Origin: Actinomycetota bacterium
GTDB lineage: Bacteria > Actinomycetota > Thermoleophilia > Gaiellales > Gaiellaceae
Reading direction: 5' to 3'
Assembly: GCA_013813345.1 (NCBI GenBank)
Contig: JACCRW010000066.1
Location: 1-33,209 of the forward strand
Length of the DNA: 33,209 bases
Shown one piece after another: positions 25,154-33,209 of the stretch. Within the stretch, counting starts at the first letter, position 1. Every line of letters starts with the position of its first letter. The position numbers and the translations under genes were made by a program. The notes beneath the pieces are model-generated. The model was not told where the DNA came from. It saw nothing but the letters and a program-made list of their open reading frames with translations, and ran no database searches.

Positions 25154-26044
25154 TCAGCCGGCGCGCATCCGCGCGAGCTCCGGGGCAGGATCGCGGGCAT
25201 CCCAGTCGATGTTGACCACGATCTCCTCGACGCCGGCTTCGGCCAGCGCGGGGAGCGCCGCCGCGACCTCGGCGCCTCGCCCGGCCGAGTCGACGAGCCG
25301 GAGCACCACCTGGAGCGAGTCCGGATCGCGCTCGGCCTCTTCGGCGGCCGTTCGCAGCGCGAGGACGGCGGCGGCGAGCGCCTCCGGGTCGAGCTCGGAG
25401 AGCGACTGCTGGGCGAGCCAGCCGTCGGCGAGCCGGCCGGCTCGACGGAGGGCGACCGGCGAGTGGCCCCCGACCAGGAACGGGATCTCGTGGGCCGGGC
25501 GAGGCAGGGAGAGCACGCCCGCGGGCAGCGTGTATCGCTCGCTGCTCCTCTCCGGCGGGCTCCCGGTCCAGCAGTCGCGCGCGATCTGCATCCACTCGAC
25601 GAGCCTGCCGCCACGGCCCTCGAACGGCACGCCCAACGCCTCGAACTCCTCGCGCAACCAGCCCGCGCCGACCCCGAGCCGCAGTCGCCCGCCGCTCGCG
25701 ACATCGATCGACGCGGCCTGCTTCGCGAAGACGACGGGGTGCCGGAGGGGGAGCACGAGCACCGCCGTTCCGATCGTCGCGTGCTCGGTTGCACCCGCGA
25801 TCAGCGCGAGCGCGATCAGCGCGTCGACGTACGGCGTGTCCGTGGGCCACGTTGCCTTGCCATCCTCGGCGAACGGGTAGCGAGACTCGATCCGCTCGGG
25901 CAGAACGATGTGATCGCTGACCCAGAGCGACTCGTAGCCGGCCGTCTCGGCGGCGCGCGCCAGCGCCGGGATGCCGCGCTCGAGCGGCAGTCGACCGCTG
26001 TTCGGGACGAGGGCGCCGATGCGCATGGCGCGCGACTCAACCAC
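25154..26044 (-). CDS. LLM-class F420/flavin-dependent oxidoreductase
   Basis: 296 aa from GTG 26044; the alternative start is ATG 26026 (MRIGALV). Contains ...AETAGYESLWVSDH...GGRLRLGVGAGW. Confidence 0.83.
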   Translation of the reverse strand: MVESRAMRIGALVPNSGRLPLERGIPALARAAETAGYESLWVSDHIVLPERIESRYPFAEDGKATWPTDTPYVDALIALALIAGATEHATIGTAVLVLPLRHPVVFAKQAASIDVASGGRLRLGVGAGWLREEFEALGVPFEGRGGRLVEWMQIARDCWTGSPPERSSERYTLPAGVLSLPRPAHEIPFLVGGHSPVALRRAGRLADGWLAQQSLSELDPEALAAAVLALRTAAEEAERDPDSLQVVLRLVDSAGRGAEVAAALPALAEAGVEEIVVNIDWDARDPAPELARMRAG

Positions 26045-26090
26045 AGCGGTCGGAGGCCGTCAAGCCGAGCCCACGGCCGAACCGAGCGCA

Positions 26091-26119
26091 TTGACCGAGA
26101 CCGAGCAACGGACTAGGGT
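26091..26119 (+). promoter_or_regulatory. Candidate promoter (TTGACC-17 nt-TAGGGT) for the CoA-transferase operon
   Basis: TTGACC at 26091..26096, a 17-nt spacer, then TAGGGT at 26114..26119. Same architecture as the 11550..11578 candidate. It lies in the divergent gap between the LLM gene and the CoA-transferase A gene. Confidence 0.35.
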
Positions 26120-26135
26120 GTTCGTTCTGAGCACA

Positions 26136-26981
26136 GTGGTGCGCGACCCGAACATTCTTCCACCGCCTCGTCGCAGGGCCGAGATCGCCTCTCTCGACGT
26201 GGCGATCGCGGCGCTCGTGCGGGACGGCGACACGATTGCGCTCGAGGGCTTCACCCACCTTATCCCCTTCGCGGCGGGGCACGAGATCATCCGACAGGGA
26301 CGGCGGCGGCTCAGCCTCGTCCGGATGACACCCGACCTGATCTACGACCAGCTGATCGGGATGGGATGCGCGCGCCGGCTCGTCTTCTCGTGGGGCGGCA
26401 ATCCCGGAGTCGGCAGCCTGCACCGCTTCCGTGACGCCGTCGAGCACGACTGGCCAGAGTCGCTCGAGCTCGAGGAGCACAGCCACGCGGGGATGGCCAA
26501 CCGCTACGCGGCCGGCGCCTCGGGCCTTCCCTTCGCCGTCCTCCGCGGCTACGCGGGGAGCGATCTGGTCGGCGAGACGGACTCGATCCGCTCGATCGTC
26601 TGCCCGTTCACGGGCGAGAGCCTCGCCGCCGTCAGCGCGCTCAATCCGGATGTCGCGGTGATCCACGCCCAGCAGGCGGACGCGAGCGGCAACGTCCAGC
26701 TCTGGGGAATCTGCGGCGTCCAGAAGGAGGCAGTGCTCGCCGCCCGCCGCACGCTCGTCACCGTCGAGGAGCTGGTCGAGCGGCTCGAGCCGCGGCCGGG
26801 CGCCGTCGTCCTGCCTGCGTGGGCGATCGACTACGTCTCCGTCGTCCGCAACGGCGCCCATCCGTCCTACGCGCACGGCTACTCGGAGCGCGACAACGAC
26901 TTCTACCTGGCCTGGGACGCGATCAGCCGGGACCGGACGACCTTCCAGGAATGGATGGAGGCGAATGTCCTCGCCGCCTGA
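26136..26981 (+). CDS. CoA-transferase subunit A (glutaconate/3-oxoacid CoA-transferase family)
   Basis: Conserved core LVRDGDTIALEGFTHLIPFAAGHEIIRQG. The track start 25971 overlaps the divergent LLM gene. In-frame GTGs occur at 26118, 26136 and 26139. I chose 26136 because the predicted -10 covers 26118. Confidence 0.78.
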   Translation: MVRDPNILPPPRRRAEIASLDVAIAALVRDGDTIALEGFTHLIPFAAGHEIIRQGRRRLSLVRMTPDLIYDQLIGMGCARRLVFSWGGNPGVGSLHRFRDAVEHDWPESLELEEHSHAGMANRYAAGASGLPFAVLRGYAGSDLVGETDSIRSIVCPFTGESLAAVSALNPDVAVIHAQQADASGNVQLWGICGVQKEAVLAARRTLVTVEELVERLEPRPGAVVLPAWAIDYVSVVRNGAHPSYAHGYSERDNDFYLAWDAISRDRTTFQEWMEANVLAA

Positions 26982-27759
26982 GCGCCCCTGGACGGCGGAG
27001 GAGATGATGACCATCGCGGCCGCGCGCGCCTTGCGCAACGGCGCCGTCTGCTTCGTCGGGATCGGTCTGCCCAGCACGGCGGCAAACCTCGCTGCGCGCC
27101 TCCATGCCCCGGAGCTCGTCCTCGTCTACGAATCGGGCACGCTCGGCGCGAAGCCCGAGTTCCTGCCCCTCTCGATTGGCGACGGGATCCTGGCCGAGAC
27201 AGCCGACGCGGTCGTCGGCGTCGTCGAGACGTTCAACTACTGGCTCCAGCCCGGCCGGATCGACATCGGCTTCCTCGCAGGGGCGCAGCTCGATCGCTTC
27301 GGCAACATCAATACGACGGTGATCGGCGACTCCTACGATGCGCCGCGCGTCCGGCTCCCCGGCGCGGGAGGGGCTCCCGAGATCGCCGCGTCGTGCCGCG
27401 AGGTGCTGATCATCATGCGCCAGAGCCCGCGCACGTTCGTCGAGCGGGTCGACTTCGTCACGTCGGTGGGCTACGGGAGCGGCGCCGGCGACCGCGAGCG
27501 CCACGGCTTCATCGGCGCCGGCCCCACCATGGTGATCACGGACGTCGGCATCCTCCAACCAGCGCCGGAGACGCGCGAGCTCGTGCTCACCCACCTCCAC
27601 CCCGGTGTCGGCCTCCAGGAAGCGAAGGCCGCGACGGGCTGGGAGCTCGTCGCCTCCGCCGAGCTGGAGCACACACCGCCGCCGACGACGCTCGAGCTCT
27701 CGACGCTGCGCGAGCTCGAGCAGACGAAGGCCGGTCGATCGACCGTGGGCGTGCTGTGA
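26965..27759 (+). CDS. CoA-transferase subunit B
   Basis: 264 aa. Contains WTAEEMMTIAAARALRNGAVCFVGIGLPS...ESG. Overlaps subunit A by 17 nt. Confidence 0.85.
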   Translation: MSSPPERPWTAEEMMTIAAARALRNGAVCFVGIGLPSTAANLAARLHAPELVLVYESGTLGAKPEFLPLSIGDGILAETADAVVGVVETFNYWLQPGRIDIGFLAGAQLDRFGNINTTVIGDSYDAPRVRLPGAGGAPEIAASCREVLIIMRQSPRTFVERVDFVTSVGYGSGAGDRERHGFIGAGPTMVITDVGILQPAPETRELVLTHLHPGVGLQEAKAATGWELVASAELEHTPPPTTLELSTLRELEQTKAGRSTVGVL

Positions 27760-28559
27760 CGAGGCTCGAGAGAGCGCCCGCGGCGGAGATGCGCGAGACG
27801 GACTTCGTCCAGTCGCTCCAGCGCGGCCTCGCCGTGATCCGCGCCTTCGATGCGGAGAGCCCCGCACTGACGCTGAGCGAGGTCGCACGAGCGACCGGCC
27901 TTGCGAGGGCGGCCGCACGGCGCTTCCTGCTCACGCTCGTCGAGCTCGGCTACATGCGGGTCGAGGATCGCCGCTTCGCCCTCACTCCGCGCGTGCTCGA
28001 GCTCGGCCACGCCTACCTCTCCAGCCTGACCTTGCCGGACATCGCGCTGCCGTACATGCGCGACTTTGTCGCGGCGATCCGGGAGTCGTCGTCGCTGTGC
28101 GTCCTCGACGAGGATCAGATCGTCTACGTCGCCCGCGTCCCGGCGAAGCGGATCATGTCCGTCTCGATCAGCGTCGGCACCCGCTTCCCCGCCTTCGCGA
28201 CCTCGATGGGACGCGTGCTCCTGGCGGGGCAGACCGACGAGTGGCTCGCCGGGTACCTCGCGAGCGCCGACCTGACGCCGATGACCTCGCGCACGATCGG
28301 GAGCTCGGAGCAGCTCGTGGCGGAGATCGAGCGGGTCCGCCGCCAGGGCTGGGCGATGGTCGACCAGGAGCTGGAGGAGGGGCTGCGCTCGCTCGCCGCG
28401 CCGATCCACGACTCGACCGGGCGGGTGGCCGCGGCGATGAACGTCTCGGTGCACGCGAGCCGCTGGAGCCTCGAGAAGGTGCGCGAGGAGCTGCTGCCAC
28501 GGCTGCTCGAGACCGCAGCGGCCATCGACCGCGATGCGCAGGCGTCGGCGCGCACCTAG
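27756..28559 (+). CDS. IclR-family transcriptional regulator
   Basis: GTG 27756 overlaps the CoA-transferase B TGA (GTGA); the alternative start is ATG 27789. HTH LTLSEVARATGLARAAARRFLLTLVELGY, with an IclR effector domain after it. Confidence 0.87.
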   Translation: MTRLERAPAAEMRETDFVQSLQRGLAVIRAFDAESPALTLSEVARATGLARAAARRFLLTLVELGYMRVEDRRFALTPRVLELGHAYLSSLTLPDIALPYMRDFVAAIRESSSLCVLDEDQIVYVARVPAKRIMSVSISVGTRFPAFATSMGRVLLAGQTDEWLAGYLASADLTPMTSRTIGSSEQLVAEIERVRRQGWAMVDQELEEGLRSLAAPIHDSTGRVAAAMNVSVHASRWSLEKVREELLPRLLETAAAIDRDAQASART

Positions 28560-28563
28560 TGAG

Positions 28564-29523
28564 ATGAGCGGGCAACGGATAGCGGTCGTCGGCGGCGGCT
28601 CGATCGGGGTCGGTTGGGCCGTCGTCTTCAACCGCGCCGGAATCGAGACTGCGCTCTACGAGCCGGACGCCGAGCGGCGCAAGGACGTGCCCGCCGACCT
28701 CGAGCGGCGGCTCCGCCGGCTCGCCCTCGGCGGCGTCCTCAACGAGGATCCCGCGGTCGTCGCGAGGCGGACGCGAACGGTCGAGTCTCTCGAGGAGACC
28801 GTGGTCGACGTCACCCACGTTCAGGAGTGCGCGCCCGAGTCGCTCGAGCTGAAGCGGGAGCTCTTTCGCCGCCTGGACGCGCTCGTCGCCCCCGACGTCC
28901 CGCTCGCCAGCTCGTCATCGGCGCTCGTCGCGAGCGCGTTCGCCTCAGAGCTTCCCGGCCGCCAGCGCTGCCTCGTCGCGCATCCGAGCAATCCGCCGTA
29001 CCTACTTCCGGTCGTGGAGCTCGTGCCGGCGCCCTTCACTGACGCCGAGGTCGTCGAGCGTGCGAGGACGCTCTTCGCGGCGGTCGGGATGTCGCCGGTG
29101 CTCGTTCAGCGCGAGCTCGAGGGCTTCGTCTTCAATCGACTTCAGGGCGCCCTCCTGCGCGAGGCGTACTGCCTCGTCCGCGACGGGATCGCCTCGGTGG
29201 ACGACGTCGACCGCGTCGTCCGGGACGGCCTGGGCAGGCGCTGGGCCGCGATCGGCCCGTTCGAGACAGCCGAGCTGAACACGCGCGGCGGGATCGAGGC
29301 GCACGCCGAGCTGCTCGGCCCCGCCTACGCGCGAATGGGCGCCGAGCGCGGCCAGCACGATCCCTGGACGCCGGAGCTCGTCGCCCGCGTCGCCGGCGAG
29401 CTGCACGAGCGCCTACCACCGGAGCGCTGGGAAGAGCGCGTCTCGTGGCGGGACGAGGCGCTGATCGCGCTCGAGCGCGCCCGTAAGGAAAGCGGCCTCT
29501 TCGAGGCGACGGCCGCCGCATGA
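28564..29523 (+). CDS. 3-hydroxyacyl-CoA-dehydrogenase-fold enzyme of the lambda-crystallin / L-gulonate 3-dehydrogenase / L-carnitine dehydrogenase type
   Basis: 319 aa from ATG 28564 (MSGQRIAVVGGGSIG). Blocks HVQECAPESLELKRELF, CLVAHPSNPPYLLPVVELVP and RVSWRDEALIALERARK match that subfamily as I remember it. Confidence 0.8.
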   Translation: MSGQRIAVVGGGSIGVGWAVVFNRAGIETALYEPDAERRKDVPADLERRLRRLALGGVLNEDPAVVARRTRTVESLEETVVDVTHVQECAPESLELKRELFRRLDALVAPDVPLASSSSALVASAFASELPGRQRCLVAHPSNPPYLLPVVELVPAPFTDAEVVERARTLFAAVGMSPVLVQRELEGFVFNRLQGALLREAYCLVRDGIASVDDVDRVVRDGLGRRWAAIGPFETAELNTRGGIEAHAELLGPAYARMGAERGQHDPWTPELVARVAGELHERLPPERWEERVSWRDEALIALERARKESGLFEATAAA

Positions 29524-29563
29524 CAGGTCTCACCAGTCCCGCAACCCGATAGGAGGAAACACC

Positions 29564-31168
29564 ATGCTCAGCCGCTTCACGCCACGCAGAGCCCTGCTGG
29601 TCGCGGCAGCCCTCGTCGCCGCGATCGCGGTCGCAGCCGCGGCCGCCAACTCGACGTCGAGCGAGCAAGCCGCGACCGGCACGCTCGTGATCGACAAGTC
29701 GTTCGACCTGAAGACGGCCGACCCGCAAAGGCAGTTCGAGGTCACGGGCGGGATCGTCGCCCACGTCCTCTACGACACGCTGCTCGAGTTCCGAGGCTCG
29801 GACGTCACCACCCCGCGGCCGTCACTCGCGACCGGCTACCGGGCCTCGAACGGCGCCAAGACCTACACCTTCACCCTGCGCCGGAACGTCCGCTTCTCCG
29901 ACGGCGCCCCGCTGAGGTCCAGCGACGTCGTCTTCTCGTTCCGCCGTCTGATCAACCTGAAGGGCAACCCGTCCTTCCTCCTCGCCGGCGTCACGGTCTC
30001 GGCGGGAGGCCCGTACACGGTGATCCTCCGCTCGAGGACTCCAAATCCGGCGCTTCCCGCAATCGTCGCTAACGGCTCGCTCGGGATCGTCAACTCGAGA
30101 CTCGTCAGGGCGAACGGCGGCACCGACGCCGTCGGGGCCGACAAGACCGACAAGGCCGAGTCGTTCCTGAACCGGACCTCGGCCGGCTCAGGGCCGTATC
30201 TCCTCAGGTCGTTCAACACGACCTCGCGCGTCGAGCTGACGGCGAACCCGCGCTACACGGGCCGGCGGAAGGCGAAGTTCGCGACCGTCGTGATCCGGAA
30301 CGTCCTCGCGCCGGCGCAGCTCCTGAGCGTCCAGCGAGGCACGAACGAGATCTCGCTCGACCTCTCGCCCGACCAGGCCCGGCCGCTCTTCGGAAACCGG
30401 AACGTCAACGTCCAGGCCATCTCCGGCCCGAACATCTGGTTCCTGTTCGCGAACTCCAACTCGAAGATCTCGTCGATCACGTCCAACAAGCGGTTCCAGA
30501 ACGCGATCCGCTACCAGCTCGACTACGCCGGCCTCGTCCGGCTCGCCGGTCGCGGCTCCGGCCGGGCGGCAGGAGTCGTGCCGTCGCAGTTCCTCGGAGC
30601 GCTCGCCGACGCAGCCGCGATCAAGCAGAACACGACCAGGGCGAAGGCCGAGCTCGCAGCGTCCGGCCTCACGAACCCGGAGATCGAGCTCGAGTTTCCG
30701 AGCGACTTCACCTCGAGCGGCCTCTCCTTCGGCGTGATCGCGCAGAAGATCCAGGCCGACCTGGCGAAGATCGGGATCAAGGTCAACCTCGCCGGAAAGC
30801 CGATCGCCACCTCGCTCGCGAACTACCGCGCGGGAACGGAACAGCTCGGTCTCTGGCTCTGGGGCCCTGACTATCCGGATCCGAACGACTACCTCGTCTT
30901 CCTGCCGGGCCAGCTCGTCGGTCTCCGCGCCGGCTGGGCGGCCGGCTCGGACCGGAGGCTCGAGGCGCTAGGTCGCAGGGCGGGCTCGACCTCGAACCCG
31001 AGGGTTCGCGGCCAGCTCTTCCAGCAGATCCAGGTGCAACTCAACCAGCGGGGCCCGTTCTTCCCGCTCTTCCAGCCGGGCCAGGTCGTCGCCGCGTCGA
31101 AGAACCTGACCGGCGTCGTCTACAACGCCACCTTCCAGATCGACCTGGCCACTATTGGCTCGAGGTAG
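29564..31168 (+). CDS. Family-5 (peptide/opine/nickel) ABC substrate-binding protein
   Basis: 534 aa. SD AGGAGGA at 29551..29557. N-terminal signal PRRALLVAAALVAAIAVAAAAA. Typical length and pattern for the family. Confidence 0.87.
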   Translation: MLSRFTPRRALLVAAALVAAIAVAAAAANSTSSEQAATGTLVIDKSFDLKTADPQRQFEVTGGIVAHVLYDTLLEFRGSDVTTPRPSLATGYRASNGAKTYTFTLRRNVRFSDGAPLRSSDVVFSFRRLINLKGNPSFLLAGVTVSAGGPYTVILRSRTPNPALPAIVANGSLGIVNSRLVRANGGTDAVGADKTDKAESFLNRTSAGSGPYLLRSFNTTSRVELTANPRYTGRRKAKFATVVIRNVLAPAQLLSVQRGTNEISLDLSPDQARPLFGNRNVNVQAISGPNIWFLFANSNSKISSITSNKRFQNAIRYQLDYAGLVRLAGRGSGRAAGVVPSQFLGALADAAAIKQNTTRAKAELAASGLTNPEIELEFPSDFTSSGLSFGVIAQKIQADLAKIGIKVNLAGKPIATSLANYRAGTEQLGLWLWGPDYPDPNDYLVFLPGQLVGLRAGWAAGSDRRLEALGRRAGSTSNPRVRGQLFQQIQVQLNQRGPFFPLFQPGQVVAASKNLTGVVYNATFQIDLATIGSR

Positions 31169-32234
31169 GTCCCTGGGGGCACTGATCCCGGGGCGGTCGC
31201 GCACGCGGCCGCCCCGGCCCTTCCTGCGCTTCCTGGCGCGCCGCTTCGTCGCGCTCCTCTTGCTCGGGCTCGGGATCACGCTCGTCGCGTTCCTGCTCAC
31301 GAACCTCGTTCCCGGCGATCCCGCAGCCGCGAATCTGGGCCAGCGGGCGATCGAGGATCCTGCCGCCGTCGCGTCGTTTCGCGAGCGCTACGGCCTCGAC
31401 AAGTCGCTGCCCGAGCAATACGGGATCTACGTCTGGCGCCTCGTTCACGGCGACCTCGGCGAGTCGCAGCAGGCGCGACTCCCGGTCACCGAGGAGCTCG
31501 GCACGTTCATCCCGGCGACCGCCGAGCTCGCGCTTCTGTCGATCCTGATCGCCGTCGTCGTCGGGGTCGGGCTCGGCATCCTCGCCGCGATCCGGCAGAA
31601 CCGCCTGACCGACCACGTCCTCCGCGTCGTCTCGCTCACCGGTGTCTCGATGCCGACCTTCTGGCTCGCTCTCGTCGCCCTCTACGTCTTTTTCTTCCGG
31701 CTCAACTGGCTCCCCGGCACCGGTCGGCTCGATCCGCAGTTCAGCGAGCCGGAGCACCGAACCGGCTTCTTCACGATCGACGCGCTCCTCCAGGGCGAGT
31801 GGGCGACCGCCGGCGACGCCGCTCGCCACCTCGTCCTCCCCGCGCTCGTGCTCGCGCTCTACAACATCGGGCTGCTCACCCGCTACACGCGCGCCGCGGT
31901 GCTCGAGGTCGTGAACAACGACTACATCAGGGCCGCGCGCGCCAAGGGGATCTCCGAGCGGCGCGTCGTACTTCGCCACGTCCTCCGCGCGGCGCTGCCG
32001 TCGGTGCTCACGGTGATCGGGCTCGCGTTCGCCAATGTGATGACCGGAGCGGTGCTCGTCGAGAACATCTTCGCCTGGCCGGGAATCGGCCAGTACGCCT
32101 ACCGCAGCGCGACCACGCTCGACCTGCCCGCGATCATGGGCGTCAGCCTCTTCGTCGCCGTCGTGTACATCGTCGTCAACTTCACGGTCGACGTGCTCTA
32201 CGGCGTGATCGACCCGCGGATCCGCGTCTCGTGA
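31155..32234 (+). CDS. ABC transporter permease (DppB/OppB type)
   Basis: 359 aa. The TTG start overlaps the SBP gene by 14 nt. Contains LVPGDPAA, ...YIRAARAKGISERRV. Confidence 0.87.
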   Translation: MARGRSLGALIPGRSRTRPPRPFLRFLARRFVALLLLGLGITLVAFLLTNLVPGDPAAANLGQRAIEDPAAVASFRERYGLDKSLPEQYGIYVWRLVHGDLGESQQARLPVTEELGTFIPATAELALLSILIAVVVGVGLGILAAIRQNRLTDHVLRVVSLTGVSMPTFWLALVALYVFFFRLNWLPGTGRLDPQFSEPEHRTGFFTIDALLQGEWATAGDAARHLVLPALVLALYNIGLLTRYTRAAVLEVVNNDYIRAARAKGISERRVVLRHVLRAALPSVLTVIGLAFANVMTGAVLVENIFAWPGIGQYAYRSATTLDLPAIMGVSLFVAVVYIVVNFTVDVLYGVIDPRIRVS

Positions 32235-33118
32235 GCGTTACCGGCGCGACTCCCGCCCGGCGCTTCCGGCTCCGCCGCCCTCGGGTGGCGGCGGCCTGGC
32301 GCCAGCCGCTCGCCGTGATCGGCCTCTCGCTCGCTGCGGCCTGGATCCTCGTCGCGATCCTCGCCCCGCTGCTCGCTCCCTACGATCCGCTCGAGCAGAA
32401 CGCGCCGCCGCTCCTCGCGCCCGGCGGCGACTATCTCTTCGGGACCGATGAGCTCGGACGCGACGTGCTCTCCCGCGTCCTCTACGGGGCGCGGATCTCG
32501 ATCCCGCTCGCGCTCCTCCTCGTAGGGCTCGCGCTGCTCGTCGGGGCGACGCTCGGCGCCATCGCCGGCTACTTCGGGGGCATCGTCGACAGCATCGTGA
32601 TGCGCTCGGCAGACCTCGTCTTCGCGTTCCCGGCGATCATCCTCGCCATGGTCGTGACGGCGGCGCTCGGGCCGAGCATCCGGAACGCGGTCCTCGCGCT
32701 CGTCATCGTGAGCTGGCCCTCTTACGCACGCGTTGTCCGCGGCCTCGTGCTCTCGATCGGCCAGACCGAGTACGTGACCGCCACCCGCCTCCTCGGCGCC
32801 TCCGCTCGACGGGCTCTCGTCCGCGACGTGCTCCCGAACGTGGCCGGCCCCGTGCTCGTGCTCGCGACCCTCGATCTCGGGAACGCCGTGCTCCTCCTCG
32901 CGGGCCTCTCGTTCCTCGGCCTCGGCGCTCAGCCGCCGCAGCCGGAGTGGGGCGCCGGCGTCGCGGAAGGGATCCAGTACTTCCAGTTCTGGTGGATCGG
33001 GACGTTCCCCGGGCTCGCGATCTTCACCGTCGTGCTGGCGTTCAACTTCCTGGGAGACAGCCTCCGCGATGTCCTCGACCCGCAATCGTCCTGGCGCGCC
33101 GGGAGCGACGATGACTAG
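32231..33118 (+). CDS. ABC transporter permease (DppC/OppC type)
   Basis: 295 aa from GTG 32231, with a GTGA overlap. Contains LFGTDELGRDVLSRVLYGARIS, ...EYVTATRLLGAS. Confidence 0.87.
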   Translation: MSVTGATPARRFRLRRPRVAAAWRQPLAVIGLSLAAAWILVAILAPLLAPYDPLEQNAPPLLAPGGDYLFGTDELGRDVLSRVLYGARISIPLALLLVGLALLVGATLGAIAGYFGGIVDSIVMRSADLVFAFPAIILAMVVTAALGPSIRNAVLALVIVSWPSYARVVRGLVLSIGQTEYVTATRLLGASARRALVRDVLPNVAGPVLVLATLDLGNAVLLLAGLSFLGLGAQPPQPEWGAGVAEGIQYFQFWWIGTFPGLAIFTVVLAFNFLGDSLRDVLDPQSSWRAGSDDD

Positions 33119-33209
33119 CCCAGCGCAGACCGCCGACGTGCGCGCGTTCCTCGGGCGTTGCTCGCAGTGCCCGGCCGGAGGGGACAGTACGCGTAGTACG
33201 GCCCCGGAG

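Noticed and set aside
1-33209. Search by eye for CRISPR arrays, tRNA/rRNA genes, transposase or integrase genes, and long direct repeats
   Set aside because: None was found. The window is almost fully occupied by the protein-coding genes listed, and the only repeat structure I could verify is the 14109..14277 palindromic element.

Overview
Very GC-rich sequence (about 70% G+C by eye, strong GC3 bias, Actinomycetota-like). It is almost entirely coding and looks like a chromosomal catabolic region. I resolve 35 protein-coding genes, most joined by ATGA/GTGA/TAGTG stop-start overlaps.

(i) A minus-strand operon runs from about 12542 to 1. It encodes a DapA-family lyase, a 4-gene polar amino-acid ABC importer, a class-III aminotransferase, an AcoX-like ATP-NAD-kinase-fold protein, a divergent two-subunit glycine-dehydrogenase-like pair (GcvPA/PB), an SDR, a cupin, a second SDR and an LLM oxidoreductase. 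The LLM gene runs off the left edge and is absent from the supplied ORF track. A FAD amine oxidase gene (12541..13737, +) sits back-to-back with the DapA-family gene.

(ii) A DUF433/DUF5615 toxin-antitoxin pair is split by a 169-bp palindromic MITE-like element with 24-bp perfect terminal inverted repeats ending in TA.

(iii) A minus-strand operon runs from 26044 to 14720. It encodes an LLM, two SDRs and a 3-gene ABC importer. These are followed by an alpha/beta/gamma flavin/Fe-S dehydrogenase of the opine / D-hydroxyproline / HCN-synthase family, interleaved with a second DapA-family lyase and a VOC protein, and finally an aldehyde dehydrogenase.

(iv) A plus-strand operon runs from 26136 past 33118. 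It encodes CoA-transferase A/B, an embedded IclR regulator, a lambda-crystallin / L-carnitine-dehydrogenase-type 3-hydroxyacid dehydrogenase, a family-5 solute-binding protein and two permeases.

I saw no rRNA, tRNA, CRISPR array, transposase or phage genes. Most long opposite-strand or out-of-frame ORFs in the track are GC-driven shadows.

The candidates most worth a second look are the aminotransferase / AcoX-like / GcvP-like operon, which has no gcvT or gcvH in the window, the MITE-split TA pair, and the duplicated imino-acid/opine-type modules. All functional calls come from reading motifs by eye. No database search was run.
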